From positions 1 through 40,234 of the IMG/VR virus record IMGVR_UViG_3300036856_000063: a stretch of 40,234 bases of DNA; one strand, written 5' to 3'. The notes below the pieces were generated by a model, which saw only the letters and a program-made list of their open reading frames with translations, ran no database searches and was not told where the DNA came from. Position numbers and translations under genes: made by a program. Each line of letters starts with the position of its first letter. Within the stretch, counting starts at the first letter, position 1. Source of the stretch: a virus. Lineage: Duplodnaviria; Caudoviricetes. Below, piece after piece: positions 23,161 to 31,790 of this stretch.

Positions 23161-26100
23161 ATGGCCACCACCGACGACAACGTAATATCGGTTGCCCTCC
23201 GGGTCGACGCTTCGCAGCTGGCTGCCGGCATGGAGCGGATGCAGGCGGAGATCGAGTCGTCTCTCTCCGACCTCAAGCGTGCCTTCCGCGAGGCGAACCT
23301 CCAGCTAAAACTCGCTCCGAAGGCGGATCCCGAGGCGCGCGCGCAGCTGGTCGAATACCGGGAGGCGATCGAAAAACAGATCGCTACGACCGAACTCAAT
23401 CTGAGCCGGTTAACGGCCGCCTGGGACAAAGCGACCGCCAAGATTACGGAGGCCAAGGCCATCCTGAATGCGCCGCTCGAACGCGGGCCGGGTGGCCAGT
23501 TCCTGCCGCGCGATACGCAGAGCGAAGCCTATCTGGCTGCGCAGCAGCAGCAGCAATCCGGACAGGTCGAGCAAGCGGCGCTGACCGAACGCATGGGGCG
23601 GCTGCAGAGCTGGTCCAGTGCGGCGGCGGCGAGTCCGGGGCAACCCGTCGCTTCCCAAACGGCGGCTGCCGACCAGGAAAAACAGGCTGCCGCCGAAATG
23701 GTGGCGGTCAACCAGCAAGCCGAGACCGACAAACAGGCGGCCATCGAGAAAACCGCCGAGGTGCGCACGCAGGCCGCCGCCGAAGCCGTGGCCGGCGCGG
23801 AAAAGACCGCCACCGCCGGGATCGCGGCTGCCGGGCGGAAGGCGCAGGCCGAGGGAAAGAGCGCGCAACAGGGTGCCGCGGCCCAGGTGGCGGGAGCCGC
23901 GCAGGTCCTGTCGGCCGAAGAAGAGAAGGCCGCCAAGATCATCCAGCTGCAGGTGCAGCTCGCGATCGCGGAGCAGCGCTACCGGGACGGCACCAAGCAA
24001 ACAGCCAGTGCCCTCAAAGGCCTGGCCGAGCTCTCGCAACTCCTCGGTCCCTTCGTCGAAAAGGGGAACACGCAGGCTGCCGCTTCGGTGAAGCGGATGA
24101 CCGATGAGGTCAAGGCCGCCATGCTGGCCGAGCGAGAGATGCAAGCCGAAGTCGCAGCGGTGACCGCCGAACTCGTCAAGATGGGCGTGGCGGGCGAAGA
24201 GGCGGGCGGCCGCGTCACGGGAGGCTTCTATAAAGCTTCGATGGCGGGCCAGACGTTCCGGGAGATGACCGGCGTGCGGATTCCGCGGGCCTTTGAAATG
24301 GCGGTGGCCCACGTACCCGCCGTAGCCTCGGCGCTCGAAGCCGCCTTCCCCATCCTGACCGGGCTGATGTTTATCGACATCCTCGCCAGCATCGTGGACG
24401 GCCTCGGCAAGGGCATCAACGCCCTGCGCGGTTGGGATGAGGAAGCCAAAAAGGCTTTCGAAGATCATATTTCGTTGAGCTCCGCCCTGCAGCGGGCCAT
24501 CTACGCGCAAGGCGAAGCCCTCGAAAAGCTGCCGGCACAAGGCCTGACCGGTTTCGCCAAGATCAGCGCCGAGATGAAGGCCAATGAGACCGACATCCGG
24601 AACGCGCGCCTGGAGCTCGAACACTACCAGAAGGCGTTGGCCGCACAGCAGTTCGAAGAAAAGACTACCAAGGCCCCCGGCTTGATGGAAACGATCGGCG
24701 CGGTCGCGACCACGGCTCAGGGTCCGGTGGGCGGCGGGCTCGCGGCGGCGCAACGGCTCGGCGCGATTGGCCAGGGCGAGGAGCATGATAAGGCGGTCGC
24801 GCGCGTCAAAGAGCTCGAGCAGTTTACCCGGGAACTGGCTACCAAGCAGATTCAACTCGCGACGGAACGCCAGACGCTCGAACATGAACAGGGCATCCAG
24901 GGGCTGCGGGACTCGATCGCGCTCGGGGCGGCACGCGCGGAGTCCGCCAAAAAGACCACCGATTCGCTCATTGCCGGCGAGGAGCAGTACACGCGCGAGT
25001 CGCGGAAATTGGGCGACATTAGCGCCCAGGAAGAAGCGCGCCAGCTACGCGCCGAAGCCGGGGAGAAACTGGCGGCCGAGAAAACCTACCTCGACGCCAA
25101 GCAGGCCCTCACTTTGCGCGAAGCGGGAACCGGCAAAGATCCGCGACCCGAACTCGAAAAGCTCAACGCGGACCGGATTGCCGCCGAGAATACCTACCAG
25201 CGCGCGCTCAGTGCCATCGATACCGAAGAAACGGAAGCCCGCGCACGCGCAGCCATCGCCGCCAACGAGCAGATCCTCCAAAGCTCGAAGAAAGTGGCCG
25301 ATGCGGAAGTGCAGTTTGCCGAGCAGGCCGCGCGCTCGCAGTACGAGACGACCCGCGAGAGCGCGGAGCACCATGCTTCGCTGCTGGCCGGGGCGGCTGA
25401 AAAAGAAACCGCTACGCTACTCGCCGCCGAAAAGGAACGCTCGACCGCCGAAGCCAACGAACTGCGTGCCCGGGCTGCGCTCGCGATTAATCAGGCCGGG
25501 GCCGACGCAGCAAAAAAGAAATCCATCGAGGACACGCTCAATAAAGACCTCGAAGCCCTCCAGATCGCGCATCAGGGCCGCATGCTGGCCATTCAGCGGG
25601 AAGGCGATCAAAAGGCCGCCGCCGACCACCGGCGCATCAAAGAGGAACAGCAAAAGCTGGATGCCCTGGCCGAAGAGGGAGCCGAGAAGCATCGCCAGGC
25701 GCAACTCCAATACGATCAGACCGCCATCGAGGCCGCCAAACAGCTTCCGGGTATGACGCCCCAAAAGCTGGGGGCCGATATTGAGGAGCCCAAGGCGCCG
25801 CTCATGCAACGGATCGGCACGCTGGGCGGCGTGGGCGGCGATGCCTGGAAGGAAGCCCAAGAGCTCGAACAGATTCACCAGCGCGAATACGAGGAAGCGA
25901 AGGCCTCCAATGCGCGCATGCAGGCCATCTACGCCGGCAACCTGGAGAAAACACGCCAACTGCAGGAGCAGGAGCAGGCCATCGAGGATAAGCACCGCCA
26001 GACGCAGCTGGAGGATACGATACGCATCAACAAGGCGATCGCGAACAACATCCTGGAGATGTACCGCAACATCAGCCAGGAATTCTTCAAGTCGATTAAC

Positions 26101-26718
26101 GAATGGATTCAAGGCCAGAAGCGCTTTAGTGTGGCCATGGCCCAGATGTGGAACAGCCTCGTCATGTCCATCATCCAGGACATCGAGAAGATGGCCGCCA
26201 AGTGGATCGAAGAAAACCTCATTATGGCCGCCGTCGCCAAGCTGATGCAGGCGCTGGGGATTAGCACCGGCGCTAACAACTCCAAAGCGCAGGCGCAGAT
26301 CCAACAGAACAACGCAGAACGGGAAAGCTATATCGATCTGGCCGCCGCCACGGAGTTTGCCACCCAGCTCGCGCAGAGCGGCAATCTTTTCCAGGCCGCT
26401 GCGATGGCGGCCCTCGCGCATGCCATGGGTGAAGCGGTCTCGACGCCCATCGCCGCTTTCGAGCAGGGCGGCATCGTGCCGAATACCGGCCTGGCGCTGG
26501 TGCACCAGGGTGAACATGTTTCCTCCGCGCCGCTCACGAAGATGCTGACGAACGTGGCCAACAACGGCGGCTCGACGAGTCGCGGCGGGGACACGCATGT
26601 GCACTATTCGCCCACCATCCACAATGGCGGCGGCGGCGACATGAAGAGCCTGCTCAGCGCACACGCCAATCACATCGGGCGCATCGTCAGCCGGCAGAGT
26701 AAAACGTTCAATCGGTAG
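23161..26718 (+). CDS. Tape measure protein
   Basis: 1185 aa, Ala/Glu/Gln-rich helical sequence, hydrophobic segment AFPILTGLMFIDILA, C-terminal FEQGGIVP...ALVHQGEHV. Confidence 0.9.
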   Translation: MATTDDNVISVALRVDASQLAAGMERMQAEIESSLSDLKRAFREANLQLKLAPKADPEARAQLVEYREAIEKQIATTELNLSRLTAAWDKATAKITEAKAILNAPLERGPGGQFLPRDTQSEAYLAAQQQQQSGQVEQAALTERMGRLQSWSSAAAASPGQPVASQTAAADQEKQAAAEMVAVNQQAETDKQAAIEKTAEVRTQAAAEAVAGAEKTATAGIAAAGRKAQAEGKSAQQGAAAQVAGAAQVLSAEEEKAAKIIQLQVQLAIAEQRYRDGTKQTASALKGLAELSQLLGPFVEKGNTQAAASVKRMTDEVKAAMLAEREMQAEVAAVTAELVKMGVAGEEAGGRVTGGFYKASMAGQTFREMTGVRIPRAFEMAVAHVPAVASALEAAFPILTGLMFIDILASIVDGLGKGINALRGWDEEAKKAFEDHISLSSALQRAIYAQGEALEKLPAQGLTGFAKISAEMKANETDIRNARLELEHYQKALAAQQFEEKTTKAPGLMETIGAVATTAQGPVGGGLAAAQRLGAIGQGEEHDKAVARVKELEQFTRELATKQIQLATERQTLEHEQGIQGLRDSIALGAARAESAKKTTDSLIAGEEQYTRESRKLGDISAQEEARQLRAEAGEKLAAEKTYLDAKQALTLREAGTGKDPRPELEKLNADRIAAENTYQRALSAIDTEETEARARAAIAANEQILQSSKKVADAEVQFAEQAARSQYETTRESAEHHASLLAGAAEKETATLLAAEKERSTAEANELRARAALAINQAGADAAKKKSIEDTLNKDLEALQIAHQGRMLAIQREGDQKAAADHRRIKEEQQKLDALAEEGAEKHRQAQLQYDQTAIEAAKQLPGMTPQKLGADIEEPKAPLMQRIGTLGGVGGDAWKEAQELEQIHQREYEEAKASNARMQAIYAGNLEKTRQLQEQEQAIEDKHRQTQLEDTIRINKAIANNILEMYRNISQEFFKSINEWIQGQKRFSVAMAQMWNSLVMSIIQDIEKMAAKWIEENLIMAAVAKLMQALGISTGANNSKAQAQIQQNNAERESYIDLAAATEFATQLAQSGNLFQAAAMAALAHAMGEAVSTPIAAFEQGGIVPNTGLALVHQGEHVSSAPLTKMLTNVANNGGSTSRGGDTHVHYSPTIHNGGGGDMKSLLSAHANHIGRIVSRQSKTFNR

Positions 26719-27211
26719 CCCAGAGTTCTGCCAGCGAGAGGGTGATCGCGCCGCACTGCAACACCGGCGGCGCGGAATGCAGGCCCGCGGCCGAGTACAC
26801 AAACGCCTCTCTGGTTTCCGGATCGAAAATCCAGGTCTCGGGGACGCCCAGCGCCAGGTAATCCTTGGCCCGCTCCGTAAGATCCTTTACCCGGTCGTCC
26901 GGCGAGACCACTTCAATGCAAAGCAAAGGCGCTTGCTCGATGACCGGCGGGTGCTTTCCCAGGGGCAGCACCATAACGTCGGGAATGCGGTATTTTCTCT
27001 CGCGAACTTTCAAGCGTAACTCAGGCAGCCCAAGAACGTTCCACTCCTTGCGATGAACAAAAAACAGTCCTACCAAAAGCCCTTGCAGGCTCGCATGATC
27101 AAAAGTGCCCAAGTTGCGCTCCACGACAACCCCATCGATGTAGTCGCAGTCCGGGCGGTAGGTCGTGTGCAGGTATTCTTCCACGCTGACAAGCTGCGGT
27201 GCGGTCGCCAT
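26708..27211 (-). CDS. Uma2 family (DUF820) PD-(D/E)XK endonuclease-like protein
   Basis: SVEEYL, DYIDG, RIPDVMV, PLLCIEVVSPDD, YLALGVPETWIFDP. Confidence 0.9.
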   Translation of the reverse strand: MATAPQLVSVEEYLHTTYRPDCDYIDGVVVERNLGTFDHASLQGLLVGLFFVHRKEWNVLGLPELRLKVRERKYRIPDVMVLPLGKHPPVIEQAPLLCIEVVSPDDRVKDLTERAKDYLALGVPETWIFDPETREAFVYSAAGLHSAPPVLQCGAITLSLAELWATD

Positions 27212-27217
27212 TCCCGA

Positions 27218-27226
27218 ATGATATCA
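27218..27226 (-). promoter_or_regulatory. Extended -10 element (TGaTATCAT) for a probably leaderless Uma2 transcript
   Basis: Minus strand reads TGATATCAT-TCGGGA-ATG; overlaps the palindrome ATATCA-CGC-TGATAT at 27221-27235. Confidence 0.4.
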
Positions 27227-27233
27227 CGCTGAT

Positions 27234-29033
27234 ATGTCAAATGCCGTCTATCCTTCCCAGATTCATGGCTTCACCTACACCGTGCTGCGCACGCCCGAAT
27301 TCGCAACCCTCGTGCAGCAGGCTCCGGACGGTTCGCAAGTGCGCATCCCGCAGATGCAGAACCCGACTTGGCATATCACGCTGATCTACGACTATCTGTA
27401 CGGGCAATACAACAGCCCCAACAACACCATGCCCTACGCCCCCTATAGCGACATCGATACGCTGGTCGGCTTCTATCTGGCGCGGCAAGGGCAAAGCGAC
27501 GATTTTCTGTGGATCGATCCAAAAAACAATGCGGTAGGACCCGCTGTCATCGGCTCGGATGCTTCTCCCAACCTGCAGGCGGAGTTGGCGCTGGTCGACG
27601 ATGGCCTGGGCCACTATTATTCGCCGGTGCAGCGCTTAGTGGGCGGGCTGTACTACGAGGACATCACCGACTTAAACGGAAACATCCAGGTGTACGCGAA
27701 TGGCGTGCTCAAGTCAGGCTACACGATCGTGGGGCCAGGCTACGCGATACCGGGCTACTCCTGGCGCGGCCTGGTCTTGCAGTGGACCGACACGGCCGCT
27801 GGCTGGGCTTCTACCCATGCCTACACCACAACCGGCTGGCAAATCCTCGATACGAATGGCCATATCCAGCAGGTGACCACGGCCGGGACTTCCGGCGCAA
27901 GCATGCCGGTCTGGAATAGCTCGGGCGGCACGACCACCGACGGCACCGTGACCTGGACCGATCAGGGCTATTATGCGGGGCCAACCCGGCCCATCACGGC
28001 GCAATTCAACTACTACTTCCGCATGCGGTTCGAGACCGACACGCAGGACTTCGAGCAGTTCATGGATGAGCTGTACACCATTGGCGGCTCCGAGTCAAAA
28101 AACGGTTCAGGAATGCTCAAGCTCATGACATCGCGCACCTTCATTCCGGCCGTGACGCCGGCCGTGACACCGGATATGTTCAACACGGTCGGCATCTCGC
28201 CGTGGGAGTATTTCACCGCGTCGGGCGCAAGCGGAACATTCTCTTTATCATTCGATCCTTATACTGGCCCAGACTCCACTTTCTATCTGACTCAGCTCTT
28301 TTTGAGTCTGACCGCCGCGCCGACCGATGCGGATGCCCAGGATGGCAACTTCAGCGACCCGTTTGTGGAGCCTACTTCGACTGTCAACGTGCAGATTACG
28401 GCGGGGTCTTACACCTTTAACGTGCCGTTCCAACTCACCGGTACACAGTCCAGTCCACAGACCTCCGCGGCAGCGCAATATACGCAGACCGCAATAGCGC
28501 TGGTCCTGCCTGATAGCTATCGAATTCAGTTCGGCACATCGATCGCTTGGAGTATCACGAGCATGAGTATCACCTACGGCTCGGGCTACGACTCCTCAAC
28601 TCTGCGCTTCGCGCTTCTGCTGCAACCGTACTTCGAAACGAAGCCTAGTTCACAGACCGTGTGGGGCTCGGGAGGCTCGAATTGCGGTTATTGGTACAGC
28701 GACGCAGCGCAAACGTTCTCGCAGGTGACTGTCAGTTATATCCAACAAGCTAGTACAGGCAGCACCATTGATGCCACTACGGGCGATGAAATTCCGGCAC
28801 CGATCGTTACCGGGGGAACGATTCCTTCTTATTGGGTTCGGTTTACCGTGCCGAATGACCCGAGCGCGTATATTGTCGCGCTGAGTGGATCTACTGTATC
28901 CGTCACAACAGCACTCAACCAAGCGTGCTCTGTAACGGCTAATAGTCCCATGCTTTCGTGGAGGGCGAATGATTCCTCTGATTTTTCGACAGGAGGCACC
29001 ATCGACGTGCCGGTTCTGTTTACGTTCGCTTGA
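27234..29033 (+). CDS. Distal tail protein (DUF2460/TIGR02217-like), copy 1, with about 300-aa C-terminal extension
   Basis: RTPEFATLVQ, GFYLARQGQSDDFLWIDP, ITAQFNYYFRMRFETD; follows TMP. Confidence 0.8.
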   Translation: MSNAVYPSQIHGFTYTVLRTPEFATLVQQAPDGSQVRIPQMQNPTWHITLIYDYLYGQYNSPNNTMPYAPYSDIDTLVGFYLARQGQSDDFLWIDPKNNAVGPAVIGSDASPNLQAELALVDDGLGHYYSPVQRLVGGLYYEDITDLNGNIQVYANGVLKSGYTIVGPGYAIPGYSWRGLVLQWTDTAAGWASTHAYTTTGWQILDTNGHIQQVTTAGTSGASMPVWNSSGGTTTDGTVTWTDQGYYAGPTRPITAQFNYYFRMRFETDTQDFEQFMDELYTIGGSESKNGSGMLKLMTSRTFIPAVTPAVTPDMFNTVGISPWEYFTASGASGTFSLSFDPYTGPDSTFYLTQLFLSLTAAPTDADAQDGNFSDPFVEPTSTVNVQITAGSYTFNVPFQLTGTQSSPQTSAAAQYTQTAIALVLPDSYRIQFGTSIAWSITSMSITYGSGYDSSTLRFALLLQPYFETKPSSQTVWGSGGSNCGYWYSDAAQTFSQVTVSYIQQASTGSTIDATTGDEIPAPIVTGGTIPSYWVRFTVPNDPSAYIVALSGSTVSVTTALNQACSVTANSPMLSWRANDSSDFSTGGTIDVPVLFTFA

Positions 29034-29953
29034 TCTCATGAAGATATCCCGCTGAAATGTCGAACGCCGTCTACCCTTCCCAGATCCATGGCTTCACGTA
29101 CACCGTGCTGCGCACACCCGAGTTCGCAACCATCGTGCAGAAGAGTCCGGGCGGTTCGGAAGTGCGCGTCCCGCAGATGCAGAACCCGACTTGGCATATC
29201 ACGCTGATCTACGACTATCTGTACGGGCAATACAACAGTCCCCAAAACACCATGCCCTATGCCCCCTATAGCGACATCGATACGCTGGTCGGCTTCTATC
29301 TGGCGCGGCAAGGGCAAAGCGATGATTTTCTCTGGATCGATCCAAAAAACAATGCCGTGGGACCGGCCGTCGTCGGCGCTTCTCCCAACCTGCAGGCGGA
29401 GTTGGCGCTGGTCGACGATGGCCTGGGCCACTATTATTCACCCGTGCAGCGGTTAGTGGGCGGGCTGTACTACGAGGACATCACCGACTTAAACGGAAAC
29501 ATCCAGGTGTACGCCAATGGCGTGATCAAGTCAGGCTACACGATCGTGGGGCCAGGCTACCGGATACCGGGCTACTCCTGGCGCGGCCTGGTCTTGAAGT
29601 GGACCGACACGGCCGCTAGCTGGGCTTCCACCCATGCCTACACCACAACCGGCTGGCAAATCCTCGATACGAATGGCCATATCCAGCAGGTGACCACGGC
29701 CGGGACTTCCGGCGCAAGCATGCCGGTCTGGAATAGCTCGGGCGGCACCACCACCGACGGCACCGTGACCTGGACCGATCAGGGCTATTATGCGGGGCCA
29801 ACCCGGCCCATCACGGCGCAATTCAACTACTACTTCCGCATGAGGTTTGAAACCGATACGCAGGACTTCGAGCAGTTCATGGATGAGCTATACACCATTG
29901 GCGGCTCGGAGTCGAAAAACGGTTCGGGCATGCTCAAGCTCATGACATCGCGC
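27234..29953 (+). repeat. About 900-bp direct repeat (27234-28136 and 29057-29953)
   Basis: Near-identical DNA with mostly synonymous differences and one 6-nt indel; similarity ends abruptly after the codons for KLMTSR. Confidence 0.95.
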
Positions 29954-30352
29954 TCTCTGGCTACGAACCCGCCCCCGCCGCCCCCGCCCCCACCCGCAAA
30001 TCTCCAGGCCGATGTTTATTACAACCAATTCCAAAGCCCGCAAGCCCCACTGGTCCAAATCCCCATCACCTCGGCTTGCACAGCCAGTTCCGTCACCATC
30101 ACTTGCTCCGAAGCGGCGGAAACGCCAACCGCTTCGAATACGTTCGTAACCTGCACCTTTATTGACAGCAACGGAAATTCGATCGCCGGCTTCGATCCCG
30201 GCATGAATCCCGGGCCGGGAAGCGGTTTAAATGTGGGCGACAGCGCAACGTATCCAATGAGCGCATCCCTGGTTCCCGGCGACACCTGGTTAACGTCAAT
30301 CTTGCAAGAGGGCGGCGGTTCTAACTACCAGTTCCACGTGGCGGTTTCCTAA
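29057..30352 (+). CDS. Distal tail protein, copy 2, with poly-Pro linker and about 120-aa C-terminal domain
   Basis: First 299 aa nearly identical to copy 1, then LATNPPPPPPPPAN and an unrelated beta-rich domain. Confidence 0.8.
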   Translation: MSNAVYPSQIHGFTYTVLRTPEFATIVQKSPGGSEVRVPQMQNPTWHITLIYDYLYGQYNSPQNTMPYAPYSDIDTLVGFYLARQGQSDDFLWIDPKNNAVGPAVVGASPNLQAELALVDDGLGHYYSPVQRLVGGLYYEDITDLNGNIQVYANGVIKSGYTIVGPGYRIPGYSWRGLVLKWTDTAASWASTHAYTTTGWQILDTNGHIQQVTTAGTSGASMPVWNSSGGTTTDGTVTWTDQGYYAGPTRPITAQFNYYFRMRFETDTQDFEQFMDELYTIGGSESKNGSGMLKLMTSRSLATNPPPPPPPPPANLQADVYYNQFQSPQAPLVQIPITSACTASSVTITCSEAAETPTASNTFVTCTFIDSNGNSIAGFDPGMNPGPGSGLNVGDSATYPMSASLVPGDTWLTSILQEGGGSNYQFHVAVS

Positions 30353-30359
30353 AAGCGCT

Positions 30360-31316
30360 ATGAAAAACGTAACGGCCGGCAACGGCGCCGACACCACGGC
30401 CGCGGTCCTCACCTGGCTCGGCAGCAACAATATGCTGCGCTTGGCGAATCTTTATCTGATCGGCGAAGCGAATGATCCGGCGGCGCTGTGGTTGACCGAT
30501 TACGAAGCACCGCTGGTCTGGCCTTGTTGGAGTTCCGCAAAGCAAAGCACCGGCGGCACGCCGAATGCCTTCGATCCTGCCATGATTACGCGCGGCTCGA
30601 TTACCTCGCAGGTCGGGCTCGACGTCGAATCGCTGCAGCTGACCTGGTCGCCCGCGCCGACCGCCCTCACGCAGTCGGTAGCGACCGCCAGCCCGTATCA
30701 GCTGGCCCAGATGGGCTATTACGATAACTGGCCGGTGCGCGTTTGGACGGTCTACATGCCCACGCCCGGCGACGCGAATACCTTCGGTTGCTCCGAGTTG
30801 TTCGGCGGGCGCATCGCCGACACGACGTGCGAGCGCGGCAAGCTTACCTTCTCCGTGAATTCCTTCCTCGACGTCGTGAACCAATACGTGCCGACCAACG
30901 TCATCGAACTGTTGAACACCGTCGCCGCCTATGCGGGCGCGACCCCGCCCGCCAACAACGGCGGCGTCATCCCGCAGTTCGCCGTCGTCGGAGGGGATTC
31001 GACCACGCAAGTCAATGGGAGCTGCACCAACTCGCCGGGGAACATTTTCAACACCAACATTTTTCAGCATGGCTATCTGGTCTTCATGGATGGGCCCGGA
31101 GCGACTCTCGCCGGCGTCTGGTCCGCCATCCAGCAGAACATCAAGGTCAACATCAACGGCACATACGTCAATCAGTTTTTGCTGTATTCGGCGCTGCCCT
31201 GGCCACCCACGCCCGGCGCGGACACGTTCTACGTCAGCGCAGCTTCCCCAATCAACCAAGCTGATGGCGATTTTTATGGCTTTCCTTACGTTCCCAATCC
31301 GGAAACAGCTGTCTAG
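30360..31316 (+). CDS. Baseplate hub protein (DUF2163-like)
   Basis: LWLTDYE, ITRGSITSQVGLDVESL, LFGGRIAD, C-terminal FYGFPYVPNPETAV; Dit-hub-NlpC-central tail order. Confidence 0.75.
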   Translation: MKNVTAGNGADTTAAVLTWLGSNNMLRLANLYLIGEANDPAALWLTDYEAPLVWPCWSSAKQSTGGTPNAFDPAMITRGSITSQVGLDVESLQLTWSPAPTALTQSVATASPYQLAQMGYYDNWPVRVWTVYMPTPGDANTFGCSELFGGRIADTTCERGKLTFSVNSFLDVVNQYVPTNVIELLNTVAAYAGATPPANNGGVIPQFAVVGGDSTTQVNGSCTNSPGNIFNTNIFQHGYLVFMDGPGATLAGVWSAIQQNIKVNINGTYVNQFLLYSALPWPPTPGADTFYVSAASPINQADGDFYGFPYVPNPETAV

Positions 31317-31319
31317 TCT

Positions 31320-31790
31320 ATGTCCCAACACGAAAGAGAAGCGGTAGTCCAAGAGGCTCTCAGCTGGATCGGAACGCCCTACGTCCTCGGCGGCCGGGTC
31401 AAGGGCGCCGGGGCCGATTGCGCCACGCTCATCGCGGAGGTCTTGATCGCCTGCGGCCTGGTCGAGCGGGAGGACGGGGGTGTGTATTCCCACGACTGGT
31501 TTCATCACACCGAACAGGATCGCTACATGCTCCGCGTGCTGCGCCACGCTGTGAAAACCATGGACGCGATCGCCTACCCGTCGCAGGCCATCGCACCCGG
31601 CAACATCGTGCTCACGCGCGCCGCCCGCAGCAAGATTTACAACCACGGCGCAATCGTCATCCGCTGGCCGATGGTCGTGCATGCGGTCCAACCACAGGTG
31701 GCCGAGATCGACGCGTCGCGGCACCGGATGTGGCAGTTTCAGCAGATCGCCGTGTTTGATCCGTTCGCGAAGGCGGCGGAGGCGGCATGA
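31320..31790 (+). CDS. NlpC/P60 tail-associated peptidase
   Basis: EALSWIGTPY, GADC (catalytic Cys), NHGAI, VVHA. Confidence 0.9.
   Translation: MSQHEREAVVQEALSWIGTPYVLGGRVKGAGADCATLIAEVLIACGLVEREDGGVYSHDWFHHTEQDRYMLRVLRHAVKTMDAIAYPSQAIAPGNIVLTRAARSKIYNHGAIVIRWPMVVHAVQPQVAEIDASRHRMWQFQQIAVFDPFAKAAEAA

Noticed and set aside
27235-27240. TTGACA as the -35 element for Uma2 (minus strand)
   Set aside because: Only 11 bp from the TATCAT -10 element, too short for a sigma-70 spacer; it also overlaps the Dit start codons.
27234-29953. Diversity-generating retroelement template/variable repeat pair
   Set aside because: The repeat is about 900 bp, differences are mostly synonymous and not adenine-specific, and no reverse transcriptase is in the window.
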